A stretch of 39,189 nucleotides of DNA from an uncultured Collinsella sp. (lineage in GTDB: Bacteria; Actinomycetota; Coriobacteriia; Coriobacteriales; Coriobacteriaceae), in contig CABQNA010000001.1 of assembly GCA_902465425.1 (NCBI GenBank), forward strand, positions 1-39,189, written 5' to 3'. This document shows positions 9,432 through 17,980 of this stretch, piece by piece. The notes under the pieces were generated by a model, which worked only from the letters and a program-made list of their open reading frames with translations, ran no database searches and was not told the DNA's origin. The translations under genes were made by a program, and so were the position numbers. How positions within the stretch are numbered: position 1 is the stretch's first letter; each line of letters begins with the position of its first letter.

Positions 9432-9466
9432 ACCACCGCAAAGGTGCCCGTCCCCTTCGTGGTGGT
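9432..9466. repeat. GTCCCC-core hairpin
   Basis: Arms ACCACCGCAAA/TTCGTGGTGGT (9 of 11 complementary) around the 13-nt core GGTGCCCGTCCCC. Confidence 0.7.
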
Positions 9467-9487
9467 CGCGTTGGCAACAGCGTTTCC

Positions 9488-9532
9488 CCAGATAAAACCT
9501 GCCAAAATAAACCTGTCCCTTTTTGGTAGGTT
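9488..9532 (-). repeat. 46-bp palindromic dispersed repeat, copy 2 (inverted)
   Basis: Reverse complement AACCTACCAAAAAGGGACAGGTTTATTTTGGCAGGTTTTATCTGG. Confidence 0.95.
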
Positions 9533-9537
9533 TGGGA

Positions 9538-9571
9538 TGCTACAATCTGGCTTGTACTTGAAACGCATCAA
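9538..9571 (+). promoter_or_regulatory. Extended -10 promoter and LacI-type operator of the LacI gene
   Basis: TGCTACAAT at 9538-9546; TTGAAACGCATCAA at 9558-9571 has the AAACG centre typical of LacI-family operators. Confidence 0.65.
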
Positions 9572-9581
9572 AGGGGCCGCT

Positions 9582-10694
9582 ATGGCAAAGGTAAAAATCA
9601 GCGACGTCGCGCGCGAGGCCGGAGTTTCGTTGGGCACGGTCTCCAACGCGCTCAACCACCCCGAAAAGCTGCGCCCCGAGACCCTCAAGCTCATCAACGA
9701 GACCATCAATCGCCTTGGCTACCTGCCCAATCAAAGCGCCCGTCAGCTCGCGGGCGGCGCCACCAAGTCCTTTGGCCTGGTGCTCCCCCGTCTCGATCAC
9801 GGCTTTTCGCTCCAAATCGCCAGTGGCGCCCACAACGAGGCCCGCAAGCACGGCTACGACTTGCTCATCGCCAACGCCGATAACGACGATATTCTCGAGG
9901 ACCATTACCTGCGCTACTTTATGGGCACCCAGATGTCCGGCGTCATGGTTCAGCCCATGGCATCCCCCGACTGGCACCCCGCCATGACCAAGATGCCCGT
10001 GCCGATCGTCCACCTGGACATCCATTGCTCCGAGCCCGGCTACTATGTAGCGGCCGACAACGAGGCCCAGGGTCGCATCATTGCCGAACTCGCCATCGCC
10101 CGCGGCGCACACCATATTGTCGTCGTCGGCCGAGCAGCATTTATGCAACTCACCCTGCGCGTCCTTGGCATTCATAAAGCGCTCGCTCTACACCCCGATA
10201 TCAAGATCGAAGTCATCGACGCCGGCGAATGGAATACCGCTGCCGACGGCTACGGCATCGGTGCCCAAATCGCCGAGCGCCCCGCGGACGAACGTCCCGA
10301 TTTTGTCGTCGGTCTGACCGACGTGCTGGCCTCGGGCGTCATCTCGGCGCTGGTCGACAAAGGCATCGCCGTCCCCGGGCAAGTACGCGTAGCAGGTTGC
10401 GATGGCAACCCACTCGCTTGGAGCGGATCGGTCCCGCTCACTACGGTAGCGCCCCCGGGCTACGAGATTGGCCGCAAGGGCGTTCAATTGCTCATGGAGC
10501 AAATTGAGAACAAGGCCCCGGCAAAGACCAAGCACGTCCACATCGGCTCTGCCGCGCGCACCGTCACCGCGGTCACGGCCATCGAGGACATCAACCGCCA
10601 AGAACTCGTGCGGCCGTTCCTGCTGGAACGCGCCAGCACCCAGGCAAGCAGCCAGACCGACGCCACGGCCATCAACCTCGGTGCGTATCTATAG
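9582..10694 (+). CDS. LacI-family transcriptional regulator
   Basis: ISDVAREAGVSLGTVSNALN HTH, GYLPNQSARQL hinge and a sugar-binding domain (VPGQVRVAGCDG...PLTTV). Confidence 0.95.
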   Translation: MAKVKISDVAREAGVSLGTVSNALNHPEKLRPETLKLINETINRLGYLPNQSARQLAGGATKSFGLVLPRLDHGFSLQIASGAHNEARKHGYDLLIANADNDDILEDHYLRYFMGTQMSGVMVQPMASPDWHPAMTKMPVPIVHLDIHCSEPGYYVAADNEAQGRIIAELAIARGAHHIVVVGRAAFMQLTLRVLGIHKALALHPDIKIEVIDAGEWNTAADGYGIGAQIAERPADERPDFVVGLTDVLASGVISALVDKGIAVPGQVRVAGCDGNPLAWSGSVPLTTVAPPGYEIGRKGVQLLMEQIENKAPAKTKHVHIGSAARTVTAVTAIEDINRQELVRPFLLERASTQASSQTDATAINLGAYL

Positions 10695-10719
10695 CACGCC
10701 CGCAAGTATGCTAAGTCGC

Positions 10720-10769
10720 CGCTCAAGCAAAAGGGGCCCGACCATTGCCGGACCCCTTTTGCTTGAGCG
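10720..10769. terminator. Bidirectional hairpin/terminator between convergent genes
   Basis: 17-bp arms CGCTCAAGCAAAAGGGG/CCCCTTTTGCTTGAGCG. Confidence 0.7.
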
Positions 10770-10807
10770 CAAACGTGGGCAATTGCTCGTTTCAACACCG
10801 CAATTGT

Positions 10808-11458
10808 CTAGCGCACGGCCTTGACCGCCGCCGCCAGATCGAACAGCGTATCGAGCACGGCCTCGCAGCCATCCACCACGTCCTGCGGCAGCGGCACGAT
10901 ATCGGGGACGGCGAAGACATGGCATCCGGCCGTGATGCCCGAGACGCAGCCGTTGCGTGAATCCTCGACCACGGCACATTCCTCGGGAGCAAAGCCCGCG
11001 CGCTCGCAGGCGAGCAGATACATCTCAGGGTCGGGCTTGCCGTGCACGACGTCCTCGCCACACGTTACCGTTTCAAACTTGTCAAAGAGGCCAACCATCT
11101 TAAGGTTGCGCTCGGCCGTAACGAGGCGCGACGACGTCGCTAGACCCACGTGATAGCCCGCAGCCAGCAGCTCGTCTAGGCACTCGGCGGCACCGGCCTT
11201 AAGTTCCAGTTCGGTCTTGACCATCTCGTCGCGAATCTCCTTGTGGCGACGATAGATCGCCTCGGTGGTTTCATGGCTGCCGTAATGCTTATCAAGGATG
11301 TCCATAACATCGGGCAGCGTGCGGCCGATAAACTGATGGATCAGCGCTTCATCAATCGCGAGCCCCAGCTCAGCGGCGCCTGCCTTCCAGGCCTTAATCC
11401 CCAAACGCTCGGTATCGACCAGCGTTCCATCCATGTCAAAAATAACAGCCTTGATCAT
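10808..11458 (-). CDS. HAD-family phosphatase (beta-PGM-like, subfamily IA)
   Basis: FDMDGTLVD, ATSS, KPDP and VVEDS motifs; RBS GAGGGG. Confidence 0.95.
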   Translation of the reverse strand: MIKAVIFDMDGTLVDTERLGIKAWKAGAAELGLAIDEALIHQFIGRTLPDVMDILDKHYGSHETTEAIYRRHKEIRDEMVKTELELKAGAAECLDELLAAGYHVGLATSSRLVTAERNLKMVGLFDKFETVTCGEDVVHGKPDPEMYLLACERAGFAPEECAVVEDSRNGCVSGITAGCHVFAVPDIVPLPQDVVDGCEAVLDTLFDLAAAVKAVR

Positions 11459-11625
11459 ATCGGTCCCCTCACCGGATTGTGTTACTGCCACTCTACCGCA
11501 CTTTACAAACTTGTATATAACGTATATAGCATATTGCACTTTCGTTACATAGATAGAAGACTTATGGCAAGTAACGCATTAGGATTATAGTTTTCGACCG
11601 AGTACTCAACGATAAGGATCGTTTC

Positions 11626-12504
11626 ATGATTTTAGACACCACGGCACCCGCAGAGGAGCTTCAAGACAAGCTATCGGCGCTCGAACAGCTGCTTTTGGCA
11701 TACGGGCGCGTGGCTATCGGGTTTTCCGGTGGCGTCGACAGCAGCTTTTTGGCCGCCGTATGCGCCCGCATCATGCCTACCAATACCCTCCTCGTCCATC
11801 TCACTACGCCGCTCATCGGCACGCCCGAGCAGGCTTCGTTTGAGCAGTCCGTTGATGGGCAGGCCAATGAGGGGCCGCATTTTAAGCTCCCCGTGCTCAA
11901 TCTTTCGGTGGATCAGCTGCAACTCCCCCAAGTAGCCTGCAACGATGCTAATCGCTGCTACCACTGCAAGCACGCCGGCTTTACCGCCATCGTCAACCAC
12001 GCCAAGTCGCTCGGCTTTCCCACCGTCATCGATGGCAGCAATGCAAGCGATCGCGGTGACTACCGCCCCGGCATGCGTGCGGCAGAAGAGCTCGGCGTAC
12101 GCTCACCCCTTATGGAGGTCGGCTTTACCAAGGACGAAGAGCGCGAGCTGCTGCGCGCATGGGGCTATCCCGTTTGGAACCTGCCGGCGGGAGCATGTCT
12201 TGCCACCCGCGTCCCCACGGGCGAGGAGCTTACGCGCGAGAAGGTCGATTTAATCCGCGCCTGCGAGGATTACCTGCACGATCTTGATCTGGCACAGGTA
12301 CGCGCGCGCTTGGTCGGCGGCTGCATGCATATCGAGGCCGCACCCGCAGATGTCGCCAAGATTGCCACCCTCGGCGGTGCCGCCGTCGACGACAAGGGCA
12401 AGACCCCGCTGCCCGCCGTTATCGAGTCCGCGCTGCGCGAGCTGGGCTGCGACCATATCTCCCCCGAGGTCACCCCCTACATCCACGGCAATATGAATCA
12501 GTAA
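11626..12504 (+). CDS. larE: LarE-family ATP-dependent sulfur transferase (PP-loop)
   Basis: FSGGVDSS PP-loop, RCYHCK, DGSNASD..DYRPG, SPL and ACLATR. Confidence 0.88.
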   Translation: MILDTTAPAEELQDKLSALEQLLLAYGRVAIGFSGGVDSSFLAAVCARIMPTNTLLVHLTTPLIGTPEQASFEQSVDGQANEGPHFKLPVLNLSVDQLQLPQVACNDANRCYHCKHAGFTAIVNHAKSLGFPTVIDGSNASDRGDYRPGMRAAEELGVRSPLMEVGFTKDEERELLRAWGYPVWNLPAGACLATRVPTGEELTREKVDLIRACEDYLHDLDLAQVRARLVGGCMHIEAAPADVAKIATLGGAAVDDKGKTPLPAVIESALRELGCDHISPEVTPYIHGNMNQ

Positions 12505-12547
12505 CCTGCCAAAAAGGGACAGGTTTATTTTGGCAGGTTTTATCTGG
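12502..12547 (+). repeat. 46-bp palindromic dispersed repeat, copy 3
   Basis: TAACCTGCCAAAAAGGGACAGGTTTATTTTGGCAGGTTTTATCTGG. Confidence 0.95.
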
Positions 12548-12566
12548 GGAAATATCGCGAGGCAGT

Positions 12567-12611
12567 CGCCCCTCTAGCGCCCATCTAACTTCGAGAGACA
12601 CTAGAGGGGCG
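12567..12611. terminator. Hairpin between convergent genes (possible terminator)
   Basis: 11-bp arms CGCCCCTCTAG/CTAGAGGGGCG, 23-nt loop, no U-tail. Confidence 0.45.
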
Positions 12612-12623
12612 GTCCGGCTGCAT

Positions 12624-14324
12624 CTACTTCTTCCGATATCGGCGATTGTGGCTCGTCGATGAACCCATTACCTCAATGAGTCCTTTATCTGCCATTTTTG
12701 GCAGATGGTAACGGACAGACGAAATTCTGACCCCCGATGCAACCGCTATTTCTCGCGCCGTCATATCCACTTCGGCGCTGAGAGCCTCCAGGATCCTATC
12801 CGCCGTCGAAGCTGACGATTCTCTGTTCATATCGATAATTTCATACGTGTCTTTGCCGCATTTTGACAGGACATGTTTATCCACAAGGTCCCCGCAGATC
12901 AGGCGAATGTCATCCGAATCCCACTTCAGGGCCTCTCGTATTTTTTGAACATCGCATACGCACCCATGCTCCCGCATAAACATGAGCAGTGTTTCCTCGC
13001 GATCCGTCAGCTCGGTGCCCACATGGCTCTGAATCCACGTGCGGTTTTCAGCAAGCTCCGCCCCGTGCCGGGAAAGCAGCACCGTAAACGAATCGGCCTT
13101 AACGATAAATTTCGGCCTGCCAAGCGAACGAGACTCCATCTCGCGAATCATAGCCGGGATACCAGATCCCTGGCTTTCCGCAACGGCCCCCTCGGCATGC
13201 TCTAACGGCGTCGCCCCCATAAGGCTCATGAGCTTTGAGTTTCGGCAGCGCGATTCCCCGTCTGCAAGATTGTCCACCGTCTTTCCGCCCCAAAGCCCGC
13301 CAGGGTTTTTGATCTCTATTCTGTCTGGATAGATATCGACACTCACGGCCTGCCCCACAAACATGGGCGAATATTCTCGATGGATGCAGGCATTTGCCAA
13401 GGCCTCGCGCAAAACCTCCTGGGGAACTTCCCAATCATCCCTTCTGCCAGCGCCTTGCACTATCGCCGCTTTGCGCAAGTTTCGTCCAATCGCGGCAAGG
13501 GCATCTTCGATGCAAGCCGGAATCGGGCCATCGCACAACTGGCGGTCAATAAACCGGGGTTGCCCGGGTGCAGATTTTTCCACATCGGAATGAACGGCGA
13601 CATCGATCATCAGTTTGGGATAGAACTGCTGGGGGTAAATTCCCGCCGACAGAAGCCCCGCGAGCTTCACGGCACCATCCTTTGTAGTGATATTGAGTCT
13701 GACCAGCTGCTTTTCCAGCGTATCGGCCCCGCGCAAAACGCGCGGGGTCTGCAGCCGGCGATTTGCGATAATAGACCGCACGACATCTGGATCCAAATCC
13801 TCGACCGTTGCCTCCGAAACCACCGTGTCGTCTGCATCGCTCGGAAGCAACGCACTCTGCAGCTCATATAGCTCAGCGGGTGACATCTTGATATCTTTAT
13901 CATCCACGCGCTTGTAGCTACCGTTCTGCACGCCGCGCGCGCCGATATAGCAAGGCTTCGCTTTAAGCTCAAGTTCAAAGATGCGCACCAGAAGCACCTG
14001 GAGCCCGTCGACCTCGCCTCGATCAAGCTCGTACCGCGGCGCATGGGTCACCACTGCCGCTGAGCCTCCGTCTCCGATACCCGAAACAAACTGATCGCGC
14101 ACCCTATCGATAGCAAAGTTAGCCGAAGGAACAAATCCTTCGGCTTCGTTCAGGCCCAAAATAATGAGCCCACCCGCAGTGTTCGCAAAAGCGCTCACTG
14201 TCTCCCATACGTCTGCGCTCAATTTATTCGTGCAGGCTTTAACTTCTACCGATGCGTCATCAGTCCCTCGCCTGCGAAGGCGCTCAACGATAAGGCCAAG
14301 GGGTTCATCCAGCAGCATTGACAT
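12624..14324 (-). CDS. Schlafen/AlbA_2 domain + HATPase_c_4 ('RecG C-terminal') + winged-helix protein
   Basis: VEVK...VSAFANTAGGLIILG (AlbA_2); LREALANACIHREY...DRIEIKNPGG...RNSKL...ESQGSGIP (HATPase_c_4); two C-terminal HTH-like segments. Confidence 0.9.
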   Translation of the reverse strand: MSMLLDEPLGLIVERLRRRGTDDASVEVKACTNKLSADVWETVSAFANTAGGLIILGLNEAEGFVPSANFAIDRVRDQFVSGIGDGGSAAVVTHAPRYELDRGEVDGLQVLLVRIFELELKAKPCYIGARGVQNGSYKRVDDKDIKMSPAELYELQSALLPSDADDTVVSEATVEDLDPDVVRSIIANRRLQTPRVLRGADTLEKQLVRLNITTKDGAVKLAGLLSAGIYPQQFYPKLMIDVAVHSDVEKSAPGQPRFIDRQLCDGPIPACIEDALAAIGRNLRKAAIVQGAGRRDDWEVPQEVLREALANACIHREYSPMFVGQAVSVDIYPDRIEIKNPGGLWGGKTVDNLADGESRCRNSKLMSLMGATPLEHAEGAVAESQGSGIPAMIREMESRSLGRPKFIVKADSFTVLLSRHGAELAENRTWIQSHVGTELTDREETLLMFMREHGCVCDVQKIREALKWDSDDIRLICGDLVDKHVLSKCGKDTYEIIDMNRESSASTADRILEALSAEVDMTAREIAVASGVRISSVRYHLPKMADKGLIEVMGSSTSHNRRYRKK

Positions 14325-14328
14325 TCCG

Positions 14329-14518
14329 TCTCTCTAAAACGATAGATTTATCTCTCTAAAGTATAGTATATCTCTCTAACTTTAGAGAGATAAGCACCTT
14401 ATTTTAGAGAGACATTTAGAGAGATGTATCGAATTCACTGTTAGATTGCCCAATGTTATCTCTTTAACTGACTTTCTCTTTATAGAGACATTTAGAGAGA
14501 CGAGCGCGACCTCTCTAA
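14329..14518. repeat. Array of TCTCTCTAA/TTAGAGAGA motifs upstream of the AlbA_2 gene
   Basis: TCTCTCTAA at 14329, 14351 and 14371; TTTAGAGAGA at 14381, 14403, 14415 and 14491; CTCTCTAA at 14511. Confidence 0.9.
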
Positions 14519-14588
14519 TCATGGGTTCTTCTTTTTAAAGTGCACACATCCTAACCGTGCCCTAAGTTGCGGTGAAATAGCTCACGAT

Positions 14589-14634
14589 TAACCTACCAAA
14601 AAGGGACAGGCTTATTTTGGCAGGTTTTATCTGG
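14589..14634 (+). repeat. 46-bp palindromic dispersed repeat, copy 4
   Basis: TAACCTACCAAAAAGGGACAGGCTTATTTTGGCAGGTTTTATCTGG. Confidence 0.95.
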
Positions 14635-14794
14635 AGAAACGCCGACTGATTCCATGTACACAACCGCCGCAGCTCCATATGAGGCAAATGAATCAGTAAC
14701 GTCTATCCCAAATCTTGAGTATTTGTTCGACAGAACGGCCCCTGCCGGCTCCTGCTAGACTGGTAGATTCCCAACCGTCCATCCAGGAGCCGCA

Positions 14795-15763
14795 ATGTCG
14801 CGCAAGTCCGCCTACAAGCAAGTACTTTCCATCGGCACCGCCGTGGTGCTGGGGTTTGCGTTGTTCACAGGGTCGCTCGACGGAGCGCCCAAGTTGTTGT
14901 CGCCGCAAAGCGATGAGCAGGCGACGGCTCTGGCCGAAAAACAAAACGAGAGTCCCAGCCGCACCGACGACGAGGCAGACCTGGTTGCCCGGCTCGAATC
15001 GGGAACAGCAAGCTCCGAGGACTCCGGCGATGGCTCCGAATCCACCGCGACCAACACCAACGGCAACGTTGCCTCCGCGGACAGTGCCGCCACCCCCATC
15101 GACGAAGTGGAAAACCCAGATCTCAACCGCGCCCGCGGCGTATATCTCAGCAGCATTCCAGACTACGCCGGCAATCCCTACGTCGCCCTTCGCGCCGACA
15201 GCACGCACCCGCTCGGCATGCCGTCATTCACACTCGATGAATACGAACGCGCTGCAGAAGAGGGCTGCTTTAAGAAATTCTCCAAGCTCGACAGTATGGG
15301 CCGCACTCGCAAAGCGCTCGCCTGCGTGGGCCCCGACTCGCTCGGTCAAGGCAAGCGCGGCGATATCTCGCGCATCCATCCCGCCGGATGGCATCAGCAG
15401 CGCTACGACTTTATTCCGGGCCAGAGCCTCTACAACCGCTGCCACCTCATCGCCTGGTCGCTCTGCGGCGAAAACGCCAATCGCAAGGATCTCCTCACCG
15501 GCACGCGCTATCTCAACGAGACGGGCATGCTACCGTTTGAGGAGCAGATTCTCGACTACATCCGCGAAACGGGCAACCACGTGCTCTACCGCGTCACGCC
15601 TATGTATAACGAAGAGGAACTTGTCTGCCGCGGCGTGCGCCTTGAGGCGCAATCGGTCGAGGACCACGGCAAGACGCTGTGCTTCCACGTATACTGCTAC
15701 AACCTGCAGCCGCATGTGCAGATCGACTACGCCACCGGCCGCAACCAGGCCGCCGGAGAGTAG
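14795..15763 (+). CDS. Secreted/membrane-anchored DNA/RNA non-specific endonuclease (EndA-like)
   Basis: LDSMGR, IHPAGW, YNRCHLIA, GTRYLN and VLYRVTP motifs; N-terminal hydrophobic segment and acidic linker; RBS AGGAG. Confidence 0.92.
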   Translation: MSRKSAYKQVLSIGTAVVLGFALFTGSLDGAPKLLSPQSDEQATALAEKQNESPSRTDDEADLVARLESGTASSEDSGDGSESTATNTNGNVASADSAATPIDEVENPDLNRARGVYLSSIPDYAGNPYVALRADSTHPLGMPSFTLDEYERAAEEGCFKKFSKLDSMGRTRKALACVGPDSLGQGKRGDISRIHPAGWHQQRYDFIPGQSLYNRCHLIAWSLCGENANRKDLLTGTRYLNETGMLPFEEQILDYIRETGNHVLYRVTPMYNEEELVCRGVRLEAQSVEDHGKTLCFHVYCYNLQPHVQIDYATGRNQAAGE

Positions 15764-16039
15764 GTTCAACCGGGGCCACGCCCGCATCGTTTGTCACCGA
15801 CGCGCACGGGAGGCTAATTCTTGCCTCCTACGGCGCATTTCAGTGACATGGGGCTATCTCTCCAAGATACCCGTATTGTCGATAAGAGTAGAAGGCAAAC
15901 GCCAGACAGGCAGCCAAAGCAGCAGAAGCCCTACATTAAATACGTGATTTATTCTTTGCAATCACAATCTCGATAAGTTAATCGAAGCAAAACAACGTAA
16001 AATGAAGGTAATTTTGCTTCAAAGTAATCAGGAGAAACT

Positions 16040-16798
16040 GTGACCAATCGCGTCAACAATTCACATATTAAAAAGGATTGTCCCACCCCCATCTATATGC
16101 AGGTGGTCGACTATCTGCGCGAGAACATCGCCTCAGGAGCTTGGGAGCAAGCATCCAAAATCCCGTCGGAAGTCGAGCTCATGAGTACGCTCGGCGTCAG
16201 CCGCGGCAGCATCAAAAAGGCCATTTCCAAGCTTGTTGATGAGGGCCTGCTTGAGCAAATTCAGGGAAAGGGAACTTACGTTAAGTCAAAAGACATCTCT
16301 TTCCCCCTTACAGAGGGTCTTATCTCTTTCTCCGAATCTCTAATCGAGCAAGGCCTTTCTTTCGAAACAAACATTCTCGATTGCGAAATTCGTAAGTCGG
16401 ACGAAGATATTTCCAGACATCTCGGTATTGTCGAAGGTTCTGACTACCTTCATCTCGAGCGAGTGCGCAGCGTTGAGGGTGAACCTGTGATGTTCATCGA
16501 AAACAACATCAATATGGCGCTTGTCCCAGGTATTGAAACAGCCGACTTTGTTAACGAAGGTCTCTTTGCAATAATCGAGCGGCTCTCAGGCCACCAGATC
16601 GAATACTCAAAGACCTCCTTTGTGGCAAAGCTCGCGGACACCCAACGCGCGGATGCGCTCGGTCTCTCTACGCAGTCCCCGCTTCTTCAGCAGCTTCAAA
16701 CAGTCTACTTGGACAATGACTCTGCAATTGAATATGCGCGCGTATGGCTTAAATCCAGCAGGTTCCAGCTTGGCACCGTTTTTCAGCGTCGCCATTAA
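16040..16798 (+). CDS. GntR-family regulator (HutC/UTRA subfamily)
   Basis: PIYMQV...KIPSEVEL...VSRGSIKKAI...QGKGTYV and a UTRA-like C-terminus; GTG start after AGGAG. Confidence 0.93.
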   Translation: MTNRVNNSHIKKDCPTPIYMQVVDYLRENIASGAWEQASKIPSEVELMSTLGVSRGSIKKAISKLVDEGLLEQIQGKGTYVKSKDISFPLTEGLISFSESLIEQGLSFETNILDCEIRKSDEDISRHLGIVEGSDYLHLERVRSVEGEPVMFIENNINMALVPGIETADFVNEGLFAIIERLSGHQIEYSKTSFVAKLADTQRADALGLSTQSPLLQQLQTVYLDNDSAIEYARVWLKSSRFQLGTVFQRRH

Positions 16799-16843
16799 AG
16801 CTCTTGAGAGCGGCGGCATTACGCCAAATATAATTCCAAAACG

Positions 16844-16875
16844 CAAAAAGGCGAACCCGTGGGTTCGCCTTTTTG
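16844..16875. terminator. Bidirectional terminator
   Basis: CAAAAAGGCGAACCC/GGGTTCGCCTTTTTG between convergent genes. Confidence 0.85.
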
Positions 16876-16884
16876 TAGACGGTT

Positions 16885-17559
16885 TTAGTCCAGCGCGTCA
16901 AACAGCTCCGTAAGCAACGCTGCCCTGTCATCCGTAATCGCCAGGGCACTCGAAATGCCGGTGCCTTGCGCGCCAAGTCCAATCAAGCGACGAACATCGC
17001 CTCCACACCTGATTCCCGCTCCCTCCATGATAACGATGTCGGGATTGATGGACCGTACGGCAGCGATGGTCTCTGCGATGTAATCATCGCCGCTTGTATG
17101 GCCGGTTCCCACAAGACTGCTCGGCTCGCAAAGAATCACGTCCGGATCCATCGCCGCAACCGCTTTGGACTCAGTCACGCTATCGGCTGCAACAATGGTT
17201 AGAATCTCAAGCTCACGAGCGCGATCGATCGTTGCCGCCAACTTATCAACGGTCAGGGGGTGTGCCGTGTGATTTAGAAAGACAGCTTGAACTCCCGCGC
17301 TCTTAAGCGACTCAAGAGGTGTCAGTCCCATTCCTTTTCCGTCACCGATAAGATCGGCATGCTGCGCTGTGGGAATTGCAAATTTCAAATCCTTCGCAAC
17401 TGCGCAGAGCTCGGGAACGGGAGCAGTCCAAAAAATCGAATGATCTCGATCTTTTGCGATTTCATCCGTAAGATGAGCCGCTGCAATTGAATCGTCCGCA
17501 AGCAAATAGGTCTTAGGACTGACCGTGAAAAGTGGCAGTTTTAAATCGGAACGTTTCAT
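16885..17559 (-). CDS. Short (archaeal-type) triosephosphate-isomerase-family protein, divergent
   Basis: SPKTY, AQHAD, FLNH, LCEP...VGTG and GAGI motifs; 224 aa. Confidence 0.8.
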   Translation of the reverse strand: MKRSDLKLPLFTVSPKTYLLADDSIAAAHLTDEIAKDRDHSIFWTAPVPELCAVAKDLKFAIPTAQHADLIGDGKGMGLTPLESLKSAGVQAVFLNHTAHPLTVDKLAATIDRARELEILTIVAADSVTESKAVAAMDPDVILCEPSSLVGTGHTSGDDYIAETIAAVRSINPDIVIMEGAGIRCGGDVRRLIGLGAQGTGISSALAITDDRAALLTELFDALD

Positions 17560-17607
17560 GAGAACACGTCCTTTCCGACTAATACATGGCCTGCCATACC
17601 GAGCGAT

Positions 17608-17961
17608 TTAGCCGTTGAAGCTAATCTCGATGCCGGTTTCCAGCTTGGGAAGCACGCTTGGTGTCACGAGAACCGTTCCAGGAAGCAGCTCTCGCTCGTC
17701 ATCGAACGCAATGGTTAGATGACCGAGCCCTCCCATGTTCTCGTTCGCAGCTTCACCAAACTCCTTAATCGTGTAGACCTGATCGCCGATGGAAATGGTG
17801 CCGCCCTCAGCAAGCACGTTATCCTCCGTGGGAGTTCCATCGTGAACGACGCAGATGTCGCGCAACTCTGCAGGAGCGGTCGGGCCAAACAGGACCACCA
17901 TCTTCTCGTTGAGAAGTTCCTCAACAAACGAGCCGATCTCAGTGACCTTAACCTTGTACAT
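17608..17961 (-). CDS. srlB: PTS glucitol/sorbitol-family EIIA
   Basis: MVVLFG..APAELRDICVVH, GHLTIAFD and LPGT. Confidence 0.9.
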   Translation of the reverse strand: MYKVKVTEIGSFVEELLNEKMVVLFGPTAPAELRDICVVHDGTPTEDNVLAEGGTISIGDQVYTIKEFGEAANENMGGLGHLTIAFDDERELLPGTVLVTPSVLPKLETGIEISFNG

Positions 17962-17980
17962 TTGATTTCTCCTATCTTTG

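Noticed and set aside
7303..14634. 46-bp repeats as a CRISPR array
   Set aside because: Copies are kilobases apart, in mixed orientation, separated by whole genes, and no cas genes are present
14715..15947. 410-aa ORF overlapping the nuclease in another frame
   Set aside because: Arg/Pro/Ser/Thr-rich off-frame translation; the 14795 frame carries the nuclease motifs and the RBS
15944..16020. Inverted repeats GTGATT/AATCAC and GAAGCAAAA/TTTTGCTTC upstream of the island GntR
   Set aside because: Short arms in AT-rich DNA with no recurrence elsewhere in the window
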